Below, piece by piece: positions 1-6,123 of a DNA stretch of 6,126 bases. The position numbers and the translations under genes are program-made. Source of the DNA: a virus. Taxonomy: Duplodnaviria; Heunggongvirae; Uroviricota; Caudoviricetes. A model generated the notes under the pieces. The model was given only the letters and a program-made list of their open reading frames with translations. It ran no database searches and had not been told where the DNA came from. Every line of letters begins with the position of its first letter. Positions within the stretch are counted from its first letter, which is position 1. Location of the stretch: positions 1-6,126 of IMG/VR virus record IMGVR_UViG_2703718811_000001, one strand, 5' to 3'.

Positions 1-104
1 GCAGAAGCAGAAAAAGCTTATTATGCTTCCATCGGAAACAATGATCTGGCAGCCTGAGTTCACAGATAAAACTCTCTCCAGGAAAATCGGGGCGGTTCAA
101 ACTG
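1..104. repeat. Left copy of a 104-bp terminal inverted repeat; pairs with 6020-6123 (102/104 identical, mismatches at 73 and 100)
   Basis: The reverse complement of 6064-6123 equals 1-60 exactly. Alignment continues to position 104, then diverges. The repeat carries the last 14 codons and 3' flank of the outward-facing ORF at 60-335. Confidence 0.85.
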
Positions 105-335
105 CTCAGCGGCTTTTTCCACCCACGGCCTGATATTGCTGTACGGCGGGTTATTCCAGATTGCACCGTGGCTTATCCACTCAGAATTTAGCGCGTCGTC
201 GGCCTCAGTTAACCAGTGAGCGCACAGAGCATTTTTGTCGCTCGCTGCCGAATCCAGCCAGAATCCAAACTCAATACGCTCCTGTTCGGCAAAGTTACCT
301 CTGCCGAAGTTGAGTATTTTTGCTGTATTTGTCAT
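60..335 (-). CDS. Truncated DNA N6-adenine methyltransferase-like protein (phage Dam family N-terminal part, 91 aa); C-terminal 14 aa come from the terminal repeat
   Basis: ORF with SD AGGAG 6 nt upstream of the ATG at 333-335. The protein contains EFGFWLDSAAS, NALC and WNNPPYS (an NPPY catalytic motif), typical of small phage N6-adenine methyltransferases. It stops at about 91 aa, roughly half the length I recall for such enzymes, directly after entering the repeat. Confidence 0.5.
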   Translation of the reverse strand: MTNTAKILNFGRGNFAEQERIEFGFWLDSAASDKNALCAHWLTEADDALNSEWISHGAIWNNPPYSNIRPWVEKAAEQFEPPRFSWREFYL

Positions 336-338
336 AAT
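310..338 (+). promoter_or_regulatory. pO-like promoter for oop RNA (-35 TTGAGT 310-315, -10 CATAAT 333-338, 17-bp spacer)
   Basis: Sigma70-like hexamers sit at the correct distance upstream of the oop-like transcript start near 346. Confidence 0.45.
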
Positions 339-345
339 GACTCCT

Positions 346-421
346 GTGGATTGATCCAGTAATTCCCTCAGAATTGCATATCAATTTGCTTAGAGTCCCC
401 GGCGGCCACCGGGGATTTTTT
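346..421 (+). ncRNA. oop: OOP-like antisense RNA overlapping the 3' end of cII, ending in an intrinsic terminator (stem 397-402/409-414, T-run 416-421)
   Basis: The sequence GTGGATTGATCCAGTAAT...CCCCGGCGGCCACCGGGGATTTTTT closely resembles lambda oop RNA as recalled (GUUGAUAGAUCCAGUAAU...GCCGCCGGGCGUUUUUU). It lies antisense to the cII 3' end and finishes with a GC stem followed by a T-run. Confidence 0.7.
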
Positions 422-664
422 CTTTGTGATTCCATCAAGCGCATACTTAAAAGCCCTACTAATCGGACTGATGTCTGATGCCATTCCGAAAGCACACAAG
501 ACCGAAGCAATAAATCTCCAGTCCGTTCTGCTTATCTTCGATTCATGACAGCCAATCATCTTTGCCAGACCGCGCTGGGTAAGCGTTGACAGGTTGATGA
601 GTAAATCAGTTTCAGCGCGATCAATTTCTCGCTGTGATAGTTTGCTGTAACTTGTTTGTTCCAT
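368..664 (-). CDS. cII: cII-like transcriptional activator (98 aa), diverged from lambda CII
   Basis: Position matches lambda (downstream of cro and nutR). The C-terminus KKKSPVAAGDSKQIDMQF resembles lambda CII KKRPAATERSEQIQMEF, and a central SKISR helix-turn-helix-like segment matches lambda SQISR. Length is 98 aa against 97 in lambda. Confidence 0.85.
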   Translation of the reverse strand: MEQTSYSKLSQREIDRAETDLLINLSTLTQRGLAKMIGCHESKISRTDWRFIASVLCAFGMASDISPISRAFKYALDGITKKKSPVAAGDSKQIDMQF

Positions 665-674
665 TTCTTAAGAT
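642..674 (+). promoter_or_regulatory. pRE-like promoter: CII-binding direct repeat TTGC-N6-TTGT (642-655) inside the first cII codons, putative -10 TAAGAT (669-674)
   Basis: The TTGC(N6)TTGC-type repeat overlaps the 5' end of cII on the opposite strand, as in lambda pRE. It would drive antisense-cro and cI transcription. Confidence 0.45.
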
Positions 675-749
675 TTCCAATAGTGAATAGCTAGTTGAAA
701 GGTATGCGTGGAAACGCATATGGCCTTAGTTGGTCAGATATATTGGGAC

Positions 750-795
750 TCGCTTTGTCAGCGACGTAGGACGAATGTCCATTGTGAAAAGAGCG
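750..795 (-). promoter_or_regulatory. nutR: boxA-like CGCTCTTTT (787-795) and boxB hairpin TCGCTGACAAAGCGA (750-764)
   Basis: On the minus strand, between the cro stop and cII, lies CGCTCTTTT followed by a 5-bp stem and GACAA loop. The boxB matches the P22-type GCGCUGACAAAGCGC rather than lambda GCCCUGAAAAAGGGC. The 22-nt boxA-boxB spacer is longer than in lambda. Confidence 0.6.
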
Positions 796-802
796 GTGTT
801 AC

Positions 803-1003
803 TTATGCAGTTGTTTTTTTGTTACTTGGGAAGGGCTTTATTTCTTCCGCATAAACGCTTCCATCAGCGTTTATAGTTAAAAAAATCTTTCGGCCTGCAT
901 GAATGGCCTTGTTAATCGCGCTTTGATATACGCCGAGATCTTTAGCCGTCTTGGTTTGCCCAAAGCGTATTGCATAATCTTTCAGGGTTATGCGTTGTTC
1001 CAT
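803..1003 (-). CDS. cro: Cro repressor (66 aa), near-identical to lambda Cro
   Basis: [66 protein letters not shown] differs from lambda Cro as recalled at two positions (M12I, V55I). SD AAGGAGG precedes the start. Confidence 0.97.
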   Translation of the reverse strand: MEQRITLKDYAIRFGQTKTAKDLGVYQSAINKAIHAGRKIFLTINADGSVYAEEIKPFPSNKKTTA

Positions 1004-1026
1004 ACAACCTCCTTAGTACAGGCAAT

Positions 1027-1055
1027 CATTATCACCGCTAGAGGTATAATAGTCA
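1027..1055 (-). promoter_or_regulatory. PR promoter (-35 TTGACT, -10 GATAAT on the minus strand) driving cro-cII
   Basis: The reverse complement of 1027-1055 reads TTGACTATTATACCTCTAGCGGTGATAAT, matching lambda PR architecture. Confidence 0.85.
1030..1046. promoter_or_regulatory. Operator OR1 (TATCACCGCTAGAGGTA), one substitution from lambda OR1
   Basis: 17-bp CI/Cro operator; lambda OR1 as recalled is TATCACCGCCAGAGGTA, so position 10 is C to T here. Confidence 0.85.
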
Positions 1056-1070
1056 ACACGCACGGTGTTA
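1054..1070. promoter_or_regulatory. Operator OR2 (CAACACGCACGGTGTTA), identical to lambda OR2
   Basis: 17-bp operator, reverse complement TAACACCGTGCGTGTTG. Confidence 0.9.
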
Positions 1071-1097
1071 GATATTTATCCCTTGCGGTGATAGATT
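1069..1097 (+). promoter_or_regulatory. PRM promoter (-35 TAGATA 1069-1074, -10 TAGATT 1092-1097); leaderless cI mRNA
   Basis: Hexamers match lambda PRM with 17-bp spacing. The cI ATG at 1104 lies 7 nt after the -10, consistent with a leaderless transcript. Confidence 0.85.
1077..1093. promoter_or_regulatory. Operator OR3 (TATCCCTTGCGGTGATA), identical to lambda OR3
   Basis: 17-bp operator, reverse complement TATCACCGCAAGGGATA. Confidence 0.9.
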
Positions 1098-1100
1098 TAA

Positions 1101-1817
<717 letters not shown>

Positions 1818-1826
1818 GGAGGATAG

Positions 1827-2168
1827 ATGGCGTTCACTGACCTTGAATATCAAGCGGTCAAAAAAGAAGTTCACCAATTCATTGAAAGCATAAGGCCGCC
1901 TGAACATATCCGCAATGAACTGGATATTGTTTATAGCATCAATGACCAAACGATAGATATCGGCGAACAGCGCCCCGTGTGGCAGGGCAACCCAGGTGAA
2001 ACAAACATCCTGCCATCAGCAAGAATCAAGTACATACGTTCTCTGGATAGATGGAAAATCTATTGGATGCGGAAGGATATGAAATGGCATCAGTACAGTA
2101 CTGAACTTTCGCTGACTGATGCGCTTGAGCTTGTGCGTGCTGACCCGGATTGCTGCTTCTTCGGATGA
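1827..2168 (+). CDS. Hypothetical protein (113 aa), first gene of the cluster in the rex position
   Basis: SD GAGGAGG lies 4 nt upstream of the ATG, 9 nt after the cI stop, so it is co-transcribed with cI from PRM/pRE. No recognisable motif. It is not RexA (279 aa in lambda). Confidence 0.7.
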   Translation: MAFTDLEYQAVKKEVHQFIESIRPPEHIRNELDIVYSINDQTIDIGEQRPVWQGNPGETNILPSARIKYIRSLDRWKIYWMRKDMKWHQYSTELSLTDALELVRADPDCCFFG

Positions 2169-2169
2169 G

Positions 2170-2188
2170 TGAAGAGACGTTTGGATGA
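2170..2188 (+). repeat. Direct repeat copy 2: duplicate of the cI 3' terminus (TGAAGAGACGTTTGGATGA), would encode EETFG-stop
   Basis: 18/19 identical to 1799-1817, placed immediately after the stop of the 113-aa ORF. Confidence 0.85.
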
Positions 2189-2238
2189 TGGATGGTCGCA
2201 GAGATGCTCGTAGAGCATACAGCGATGCAGGAGAATTT

Positions 2239-2673
2239 ATGGCACTTAATTTAGAAAGAATATCTTTTATAACCCCATTTGATAGCAGCGAAGAACCCAA
2301 CCAACCGACGCTTAATTTTACATGCAATGAATTTCCTGCGCGGCTATCAATTGATTTCAGGGTTGGTATGATCGGGTTGAAACCAAATTCAAGATATAAT
2401 TTGGGTATTATGGTAATCCCCGCGCACCTAATTATAAAAAAAGGTGAGGAAATTCAATTCCCTGACGGCTCTTCGGAATCAGTTTCACTTTTCATCGATA
2501 CGAAAGATAGCCATTTTGAAACAGGGGTTGGCGGACAGGTAATAGTAACATTGAAAGAAATTAGGGTCCCAGCTAAAGGGCTATATAGTGTTATAGGGAT
2601 ATTGCAAGATAATGAAGACCCTAAAAATGAACTTCATAAAAATGAATCATTTTTCACCGTAGAGCTATTATGA
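2239..2673 (+). CDS. Hypothetical soluble protein (144 aa from the ATG at 2239; in-frame alternative start at 2185 gives 162 aa)
   Basis: SD AGGAGA at 2229-2234 precedes the ATG at 2239, whereas the ATGs at 2185/2188 have no SD and lie inside the duplicated cI terminus. No transmembrane segment. The stop overlaps the next gene's start as ATGA at 2670-2673. Confidence 0.65.
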   Translation: MALNLERISFITPFDSSEEPNQPTLNFTCNEFPARLSIDFRVGMIGLKPNSRYNLGIMVIPAHLIIKKGEEIQFPDGSSESVSLFIDTKDSHFETGVGGQVIVTLKEIRVPAKGLYSVIGILQDNEDPKNELHKNESFFTVELL

Positions 2674-3290
2674 GTGACGACAGTAATTTAAATAATCATG
2701 GAAAGCAAGACACCAACATATCTGAAAGCCGGAGGTTGAAGGTTGTTGGCGGTTCCGATTTTGAGGCTGAATTTGATAATTCTCCCACCAAGGTGCAAAA
2801 TAATTACATAAAACCGCCACAAACGGAGGAAGAAGTGGGAACGATCAGCAGAGAGGAACTTGATGCTCGCTTAGCTGCTAATAAAGCAGAGATGGAGTCT
2901 ATTGCTTCTTCCATTAGGGCTGACATGGCTCTATCTCGTGAAAGCGTTAATGTCCAATTTGCATCACTTAATGCAGCCATAAGCTCTCTATCGTCCAAGA
3001 TCGATGGAAAGATGGATAGCGCTGCTGGCGATATAAAAGCAATTAATGGGAGATTCGAAGGAATTCAAGGACAAATAACAGGGGTTAATACCGCAATTAG
3101 TGGTGTTCAGTCGGGTATTTCTATACGATTAGCCATTTTTAGTGTCATTATCGCTGTAATAGTTGCTATTCCCGGGCTGGTATCAGCTTTAAAGTCAGAC
3201 CACGCACCTTTGCAACAGCCTTCCACTTTGCAAGCGCCGCCACAAAATACCCAGCCAACAGACAACAAAAAAATCACTCCCCAGCATTAA
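2670..3290 (+). CDS. Tail-anchored membrane protein (206 aa): polar N-terminus, long coiled-coil-like region, one C-terminal transmembrane helix, Pro/Gln-rich tail
   Basis: Translationally coupled to the upstream gene. Heptad-like Ala/Ser/Ile/Leu-rich region (ELDARLAANKAEMESIASSIRADMALSRE...), a 21-residue hydrophobic stretch LAIFSVIIAVIVAIPGLVSAL near the C-terminus, then APLQQPSTLQAPPQNTQPTDNKK. It is not RexB (four transmembrane segments in lambda). Confidence 0.75.
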   Translation: MSDDSNLNNHGKQDTNISESRRLKVVGGSDFEAEFDNSPTKVQNNYIKPPQTEEEVGTISREELDARLAANKAEMESIASSIRADMALSRESVNVQFASLNAAISSLSSKIDGKMDSAAGDIKAINGRFEGIQGQITGVNTAISGVQSGISIRLAIFSVIIAVIVAIPGLVSALKSDHAPLQQPSTLQAPPQNTQPTDNKKITPQH

Positions 3291-3298
3291 CGCATTAA

Positions 3299-3320
3299 CC
3301 CGGCCTCAGCGCCGGGTTTT
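3299..3320 (+). terminator. Intrinsic terminator ending the cI-cluster operon (stem CCCGGC/GCCGGG, T-run)
   Basis: CCCGGCCTCAGCGCCGGGTTTT sits 9 nt after the stop at 3290. Confidence 0.7.
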
Positions 3321-3475
3321 CTTTGCCTCACGTTCGCCCACCTAAAAACACATAACCAATTGTATTTATTTGAAAATAAATAGATACAACTCACTAAACA
3401 TCGCAATTCTGATCTCTCGCCCTCCAAAGCAATACCCCAATTCAAAAAATAAATTCATATAAAAAACATACAGAT

Positions 3476-3492
3476 AACCATCTGCGGTGATG
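3476..3492. promoter_or_regulatory. Operator OL3 (reverse complement CATCACCGCAGATGGTT; one mismatch to lambda OL3)
   Basis: 17-bp operator adjacent to OL2 and OL1. The flanking AT-rich sequence 3380-3475 matches the lambda pL upstream region as recalled. Confidence 0.8.
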
Positions 3493-3495
3493 AAT

Positions 3496-3512
3496 TATCT
3501 CTAGCGGTGTTG
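3496..3512. promoter_or_regulatory. Operator OL2 (TATCTCTAGCGGTGTTG; lambda has TATCTCTGGCGGTGTTG)
   Basis: 17-bp operator overlapping the pL -35, with one G to A substitution. Confidence 0.85.
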
Positions 3513-3538
3513 ACATAAATACCACTGGCGGTGATACT
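3510..3538 (+). promoter_or_regulatory. pL promoter (-35 TTGACA 3510-3515, -10 GATACT 3533-3538)
   Basis: Matches lambda pL TTGACATAAATACCACTGGCGGTGATACT with 17-bp spacing. Confidence 0.9.
3520..3536. promoter_or_regulatory. Operator OL1 (TACCACTGGCGGTGATA), identical to lambda OL1
   Basis: 17-bp operator between the pL -35 and -10. Confidence 0.9.
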
Positions 3539-3606
3539 AAACACATCAGCAGGACGCACTACTCACCAGGGCGGTGAATATACAACGATTCGAATATGAA
3601 TCTACG

Positions 3607-3621
3607 GCGCTGACAAAGCGC
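3607..3621 (+). promoter_or_regulatory. nutL boxB hairpin (GCGCTGACAAAGCGC), P22 type; no canonical boxA seen upstream
   Basis: 5-bp GC stem with GACAA loop in the pL leader about 130 nt before N, the same boxB type as nutR at 750-764. Lambda identity ends near 3558, just after the pL start. Confidence 0.65.
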
Positions 3622-3749
3622 AATAACCAAAGTGAACTTTGGGGTGAATGCAGAAGCTAACCTTCTCGGCGGAGGCGCTTTGCAATGATTACGCGACCGG
3701 AGTTAGTCGCCCGGCTGTATTCACCACCAAAGTTCATCAGGAGGTCTAT

Positions 3750-4133
3750 ATGACACGCAGAACTCAGTTCAAAGGCAATTCACGTTCTCGTCGTCGTGAG
3801 CGTTTAAAGGCAAAGGCATTAGCTAACGGCGTACTGGCCCGCGAAGAAGCAATAAGTTCAGAAGTATTACACCGCCCTACTCTAAGCAGAGCGCAGATTC
3901 AGGCTAAAGGTACTCACGAAACGCCTGAGCGCATAGAAGACGCTAAGCCAATTAAGTTCATGGCACAGGACGTGATCTGGCAACAGAAAGAATACAGACG
4001 CAATCTGGAGCGAGCGGCCATTGTGTACGCGAATGAGTTTGGACATAAGCAACCAGAAACTGGTGTATGTCTTCCAAACGTAGCCATTTACGCGGCAGGC
4101 TACCGGAAATCAAAACAACTGACGGCGAGGTGA
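3750..4133 (+). CDS. N: N-type transcription antiterminator (127 aa) with arginine-rich motif, P22 gene 24 / Stx-phage class
   Basis: Strong SD AGGAGG 5 nt before the ATG at 3750. N-terminal arginine-rich motif GNSRSRRRERLKAKA resembles the P22 N motif GNAKTRRHERRRKLA, and the C-terminus LPNVAIYAAGYRKSKQLTAR resembles the P22 N C-terminus as recalled. It is the first gene after pL/nutL, and its boxB type matches. Confidence 0.85.
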   Translation: MTRRTQFKGNSRSRRRERLKAKALANGVLAREEAISSEVLHRPTLSRAQIQAKGTHETPERIEDAKPIKFMAQDVIWQQKEYRRNLERAAIVYANEFGHKQPETGVCLPNVAIYAAGYRKSKQLTAR

Positions 4134-4183
4134 CTTGTGTTGGTCGCCAGAAAATGAAATTAGGCAGCAAACCACTTATTTGA
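4121..4183 (+). pseudogene. Out-of-frame relic of a lambda-type N C-terminus (DGEVTCVGRQKMKLGSKPLI-stop) overlapping the N stop
   Basis: The -1 frame across the N stop encodes GE-VTCVGRQKMKLGSKPLI, which resembles the lambda N C-terminus GERGITCSGRQKIKGKSIPLI as recalled, and ends at TGA 4181-4183. Confidence 0.4.
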
Positions 4184-4191
4184 GGTGAGAT

Positions 4192-4662
4192 ATGACAAAA
4201 TCATGGAGCGTACCTTTTCCTGAATCAGAAACTGAACATGATGGAATGCCTGTTTTCTGGAGATTCCAGGCGACAGTTGAAGAAGATGGGATAAAAATAT
4301 TCGCACTTCAATATATAGCTTTTCATCAGACAGAGCATTATGCATGGTTGGTTCCTGCGCATTGGATTGTTAATTTTAAACCAGCACCAAATCAGTGGTT
4401 ACAGGAATGGAAACAAAGGAGAAATAGATATGCAATTAAGAAAGTAGCAAAAAATGCAGAAAGATCTTTTGCATTCCCAACGAAGAAACTTGCTATTGAA
4501 AGTTTATTGCGCCGGAAGAAATACCATTTAATGAGAATCAAACAAGATTTGGCTGTTGTATCAACTCTTGTTGATGGGATGAAGAATATTGATACATCAA
4601 CACCAGATATTGAATATAACTTTGGACACAACCAAGAAACAGAAAACTGGGTATTTTATTAG
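4192..4662 (+). CDS. Hypothetical protein (156 aa) in the position of ral/sieB
   Basis: SD GAGGTGAG precedes the ATG at 4192. Basic, Trp-rich, no transmembrane segment. No resemblance to lambda Ral (66 aa). Confidence 0.7.
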   Translation: MTKSWSVPFPESETEHDGMPVFWRFQATVEEDGIKIFALQYIAFHQTEHYAWLVPAHWIVNFKPAPNQWLQEWKQRRNRYAIKKVAKNAERSFAFPTKKLAIESLLRRKKYHLMRIKQDLAVVSTLVDGMKNIDTSTPDIEYNFGHNQETENWVFY

Positions 4663-4676
4663 TACGAATAAGCACT

Positions 4677-4704
4677 GTGTATTCATTCCAACGAGTGAAT
4701 ACAC
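4677..4704 (+). other. Hairpin (9-bp stem GTGTATTCA/TGAATACAC, 10-nt loop) in the intergenic region; possible RNA processing or attenuation structure
   Basis: Perfect inverted repeat seen in the sequence, with no T-run after it. Confidence 0.4.
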
Positions 4705-4766
4705 GGAGCAATGTCGCTCGTAACTAAACAGGAGCCGACTTGTTCTGATTGTTGGAAATCTTCTTT

Positions 4767-4792
4767 GCCCTCCAATGTGAGGGCGATTTTTT
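4767..4792 (+). terminator. Intrinsic terminator (stem GCCCTC/GAGGGC, T-run 4787-4792), tL2-like position
   Basis: GCCCTCCAATGTGAGGGCGATTTTTT between the 156-aa ORF and the next gene. Read-through would require N antitermination. Confidence 0.65.
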
Positions 4793-4812
4793 ATCTATGA
4801 GGATATGAATAG

Positions 4813-5181
4813 ATGTCAAACATCAAAAAATACATCATTGATTACGACTGGAAAGCATCAATAGAAATTGAAATCGACCATGACCTAATGACAGAGGAAA
4901 AACTTCACCAGATTAATAATTTCTGGTCAGACTCTGAATACCGACTCAATAAACACGGCGCTGTATTAAATGCTGTATTAATCATGCTGGCGCAACATGC
5001 TCTGCTTATAGCAATTTCAAAAGACCTAAATGCATATGGTGTTGTTTGTGAGTTCGACTGGAATGATGGAAATGGTCAGGAAGGATGGCCTCCAATGGAT
5101 GGTAGCGAAGGAATAAGAATTACCGATATCGATACATCAGGAATATTTGATTCAGATGATATGACTATCAAGGCCGACTAA
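4813..5181 (+). CDS. Hypothetical acidic protein (122 aa), Ea10-like by position and size
   Basis: It lies between N and cIII, where lambda has ea10, which I recall as also 122 codons. The sequence itself is not recognised. SD GAGGA lies upstream. Confidence 0.6.
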   Translation: MSNIKKYIIDYDWKASIEIEIDHDLMTEEKLHQINNFWSDSEYRLNKHGAVLNAVLIMLAQHALLIAISKDLNAYGVVCEFDWNDGNGQEGWPPMDGSEGIRITDIDTSGIFDSDDMTIKAD

Positions 5182-5256
5182 GTGCGGCTTTACCGCATAC
5201 CAATAATGTTTCACTCGAGGCGTTTTCGTTATGCAATCAAATATAAGGAGTTACCC

Positions 5257-5391
5257 ATGATGCACTTTCAGCTCGCGGGTAGCGGCGTCATGTCCGCTTT
5301 CTACCCGCACGAATCTGAATTATCACGACGAGTTAAACAATTAATCAGAGCAGCAAAGAAACAACTGGAGGCGTTATGCGCAATGAAATAG
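5257..5391 (+). CDS. cIII: cIII-like protein (44 aa; FtsH inhibitor family)
   Basis: SD AAGGAG 6 nt before the ATG at 5257. The segment QLAGSGVMSAFYPHESELSRRVKQLIRAAKKQLEAL resembles the lambda CIII core AIAGWPVAGCPSESLLERITRKLRDGWKRLIDIL. The long ORF-track start at 5182 lacks an SD. Confidence 0.7.
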   Translation: MMHFQLAGSGVMSAFYPHESELSRRVKQLIRAAKKQLEALCAMK

Positions 5392-5528
5392 CCATCAATC
5401 ACCAGATGCTTCGTGCGGCACAAAACAAAGCAGTAATAGCTCGATTTATTGGTGATTCCAAAATGTGGCTTGAAGCAAATAAAGCGATGAAATCAGCTAT
5501 CAACCTTCCGTGGTATCGCAGGAAATGA
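5376..5528 (+). CDS. kil: Kil-like small protein (50 aa), overlapping the cIII 3' end
   Basis: SD GGAGG precedes the ATG at 5376. It overlaps the cIII-like gene by 16 bp, as kil overlaps cIII in lambda. The motif ARFIGDSKMW resembles lambda Kil (ATFIGDEKMF) as recalled from memory. It falls below the ORF-track length cutoff. Confidence 0.5.
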   Translation: MRNEIAINHQMLRAAQNKAVIARFIGDSKMWLEANKAMKSAINLPWYRRK

Positions 5529-5632
5529 GTTTTACAGATAACTGGTCAGACGAAGAATTCATTCGTCAGATGAAAGAAATGCTCAATCAGCACAAAGAAC
5601 AGGAGAAAGATGATGATTCTGACTCTGAATGA
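5525..5632 (+). CDS. Possible small acidic ORF (35 aa), ATGA-coupled to the kil-like gene
   Basis: ATG at 5525-5527 overlaps the upstream TGA at 5526-5528. No strong SD, and it overlaps the next gene by 23 bp. Confidence 0.25.
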   Translation: MSFTDNWSDEEFIRQMKEMLNQHKEQEKDDDSDSE

Positions 5633-5921
5633 TAAGCGTGAAATATCGCAAATCATCGCAAGTTTTACCGATGATGATTACGAACGAATCAACAGTGAAG
5701 TTGATCGCCTCTGCAAACGTTGCGACCCAATAAGCGAAATGCTTCGCTCATATAAACCAGATGAACACACTAAGGACGCTATCGACTGGCTGGAAGATGA
5801 TGACTGTAACTATCAGGAAAAAGCCGCTGAATGGTTCTGGGATGCAATAACCGAAAGAGTTAAGGCTGAATATGCCTTCGCAATATTCAAACGCAGACAT
5901 ATTTATGGAGAAGCTGCATGA
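5610..5921 (+). CDS. Hypothetical acidic protein (103 aa)
   Basis: SD AGGAG at 5601-5605 precedes the ATG at 5610. It occupies the region where lambda has gam, but the sequence is unrelated to Gam as recalled. Confidence 0.65.
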   Translation: MMILTLNDKREISQIIASFTDDDYERINSEVDRLCKRCDPISEMLRSYKPDEHTKDAIDWLEDDDCNYQEKAAEWFWDAITERVKAEYAFAIFKRRHIYGEAA

Positions 5922-6064
5922 GCAATATCGTTGAATTCGTTAAACAGCAGGAGCAGTTATTCTGCGGAGCATTGACTGAACAGACGGTGACATGGGCTAA
6001 GGAAAGCCAGTTTGCAATTCAGTATGAACCGCCCCGATTTTCCTGGAGAGTGTTTTATCTGTGA
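5918..6064 (+). CDS. Short ORF (48 aa) whose last 14 codons and 3' flank form the right terminal inverted repeat
   Basis: ATG overlaps the upstream stop (ATGA at 5918-5921), with SD GGAG 7 nt upstream. It ends YEPPRFSWRVFYL, nearly the same as the C-terminus of the ORF at 60-335 (FEPPRFSWREFYL). Confidence 0.4.
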   Translation: MSNIVEFVKQQEQLFCGALTEQTVTWAKESQFAIQYEPPRFSWRVFYL

Positions 6065-6123
6065 ACTCAGGCTGCCAGATCATTGTTTCCGATGGAAGCA
6101 TAATAAGCTTTTTCTGCTTCTGC
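6020..6123. repeat. Right copy of the 104-bp terminal inverted repeat (pairs with 1-104)
   Basis: Reverse-complement identity with 1-104 at 102/104 positions. Confidence 0.85.

Noticed and set aside
295-510. 71-aa minus-strand ORF overlapping the cII 3' end and oop
   Set aside because: Out of frame with the cII homologue and overlaps the oop terminator; the cII frame carries the conserved C-terminus.
2804-2998. 64-aa minus-strand ORF inside the 206-aa gene
   Set aside because: Antisense to the coiled-coil region, whose biased composition generates spurious reverse-frame ORFs.
1827-3290. RexA/RexB exclusion genes expected after cI
   Set aside because: Sizes and sequences do not fit: lambda RexA is 279 aa and RexB is a 144-aa protein with four transmembrane segments. 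Here the 113-aa and 144-aa proteins are soluble and the 206-aa protein has a single C-terminal transmembrane helix.
3648-3749. Upstream extension of N from the ATG at 3648 (161-aa ORF in the track)
   Set aside because: No SD before 3648, and the extension covers the nutL leader. The ATG at 3750 has a strong AGGAGG SD and gives an N of typical size.
3958-4631. Minus-strand ORFs 3958-4170, 4160-4345 and 4392-4631
   Set aside because: Antisense to N and the 156-aa gene in the pL operon; no SD or promoter context.
5182-5256. Longer 69-aa version of the cIII-like ORF starting at 5182
   Set aside because: No ribosome-binding site at 5182 and it abuts the upstream stop. The internal ATG at 5257 has a good SD and the homology to CIII starts there.
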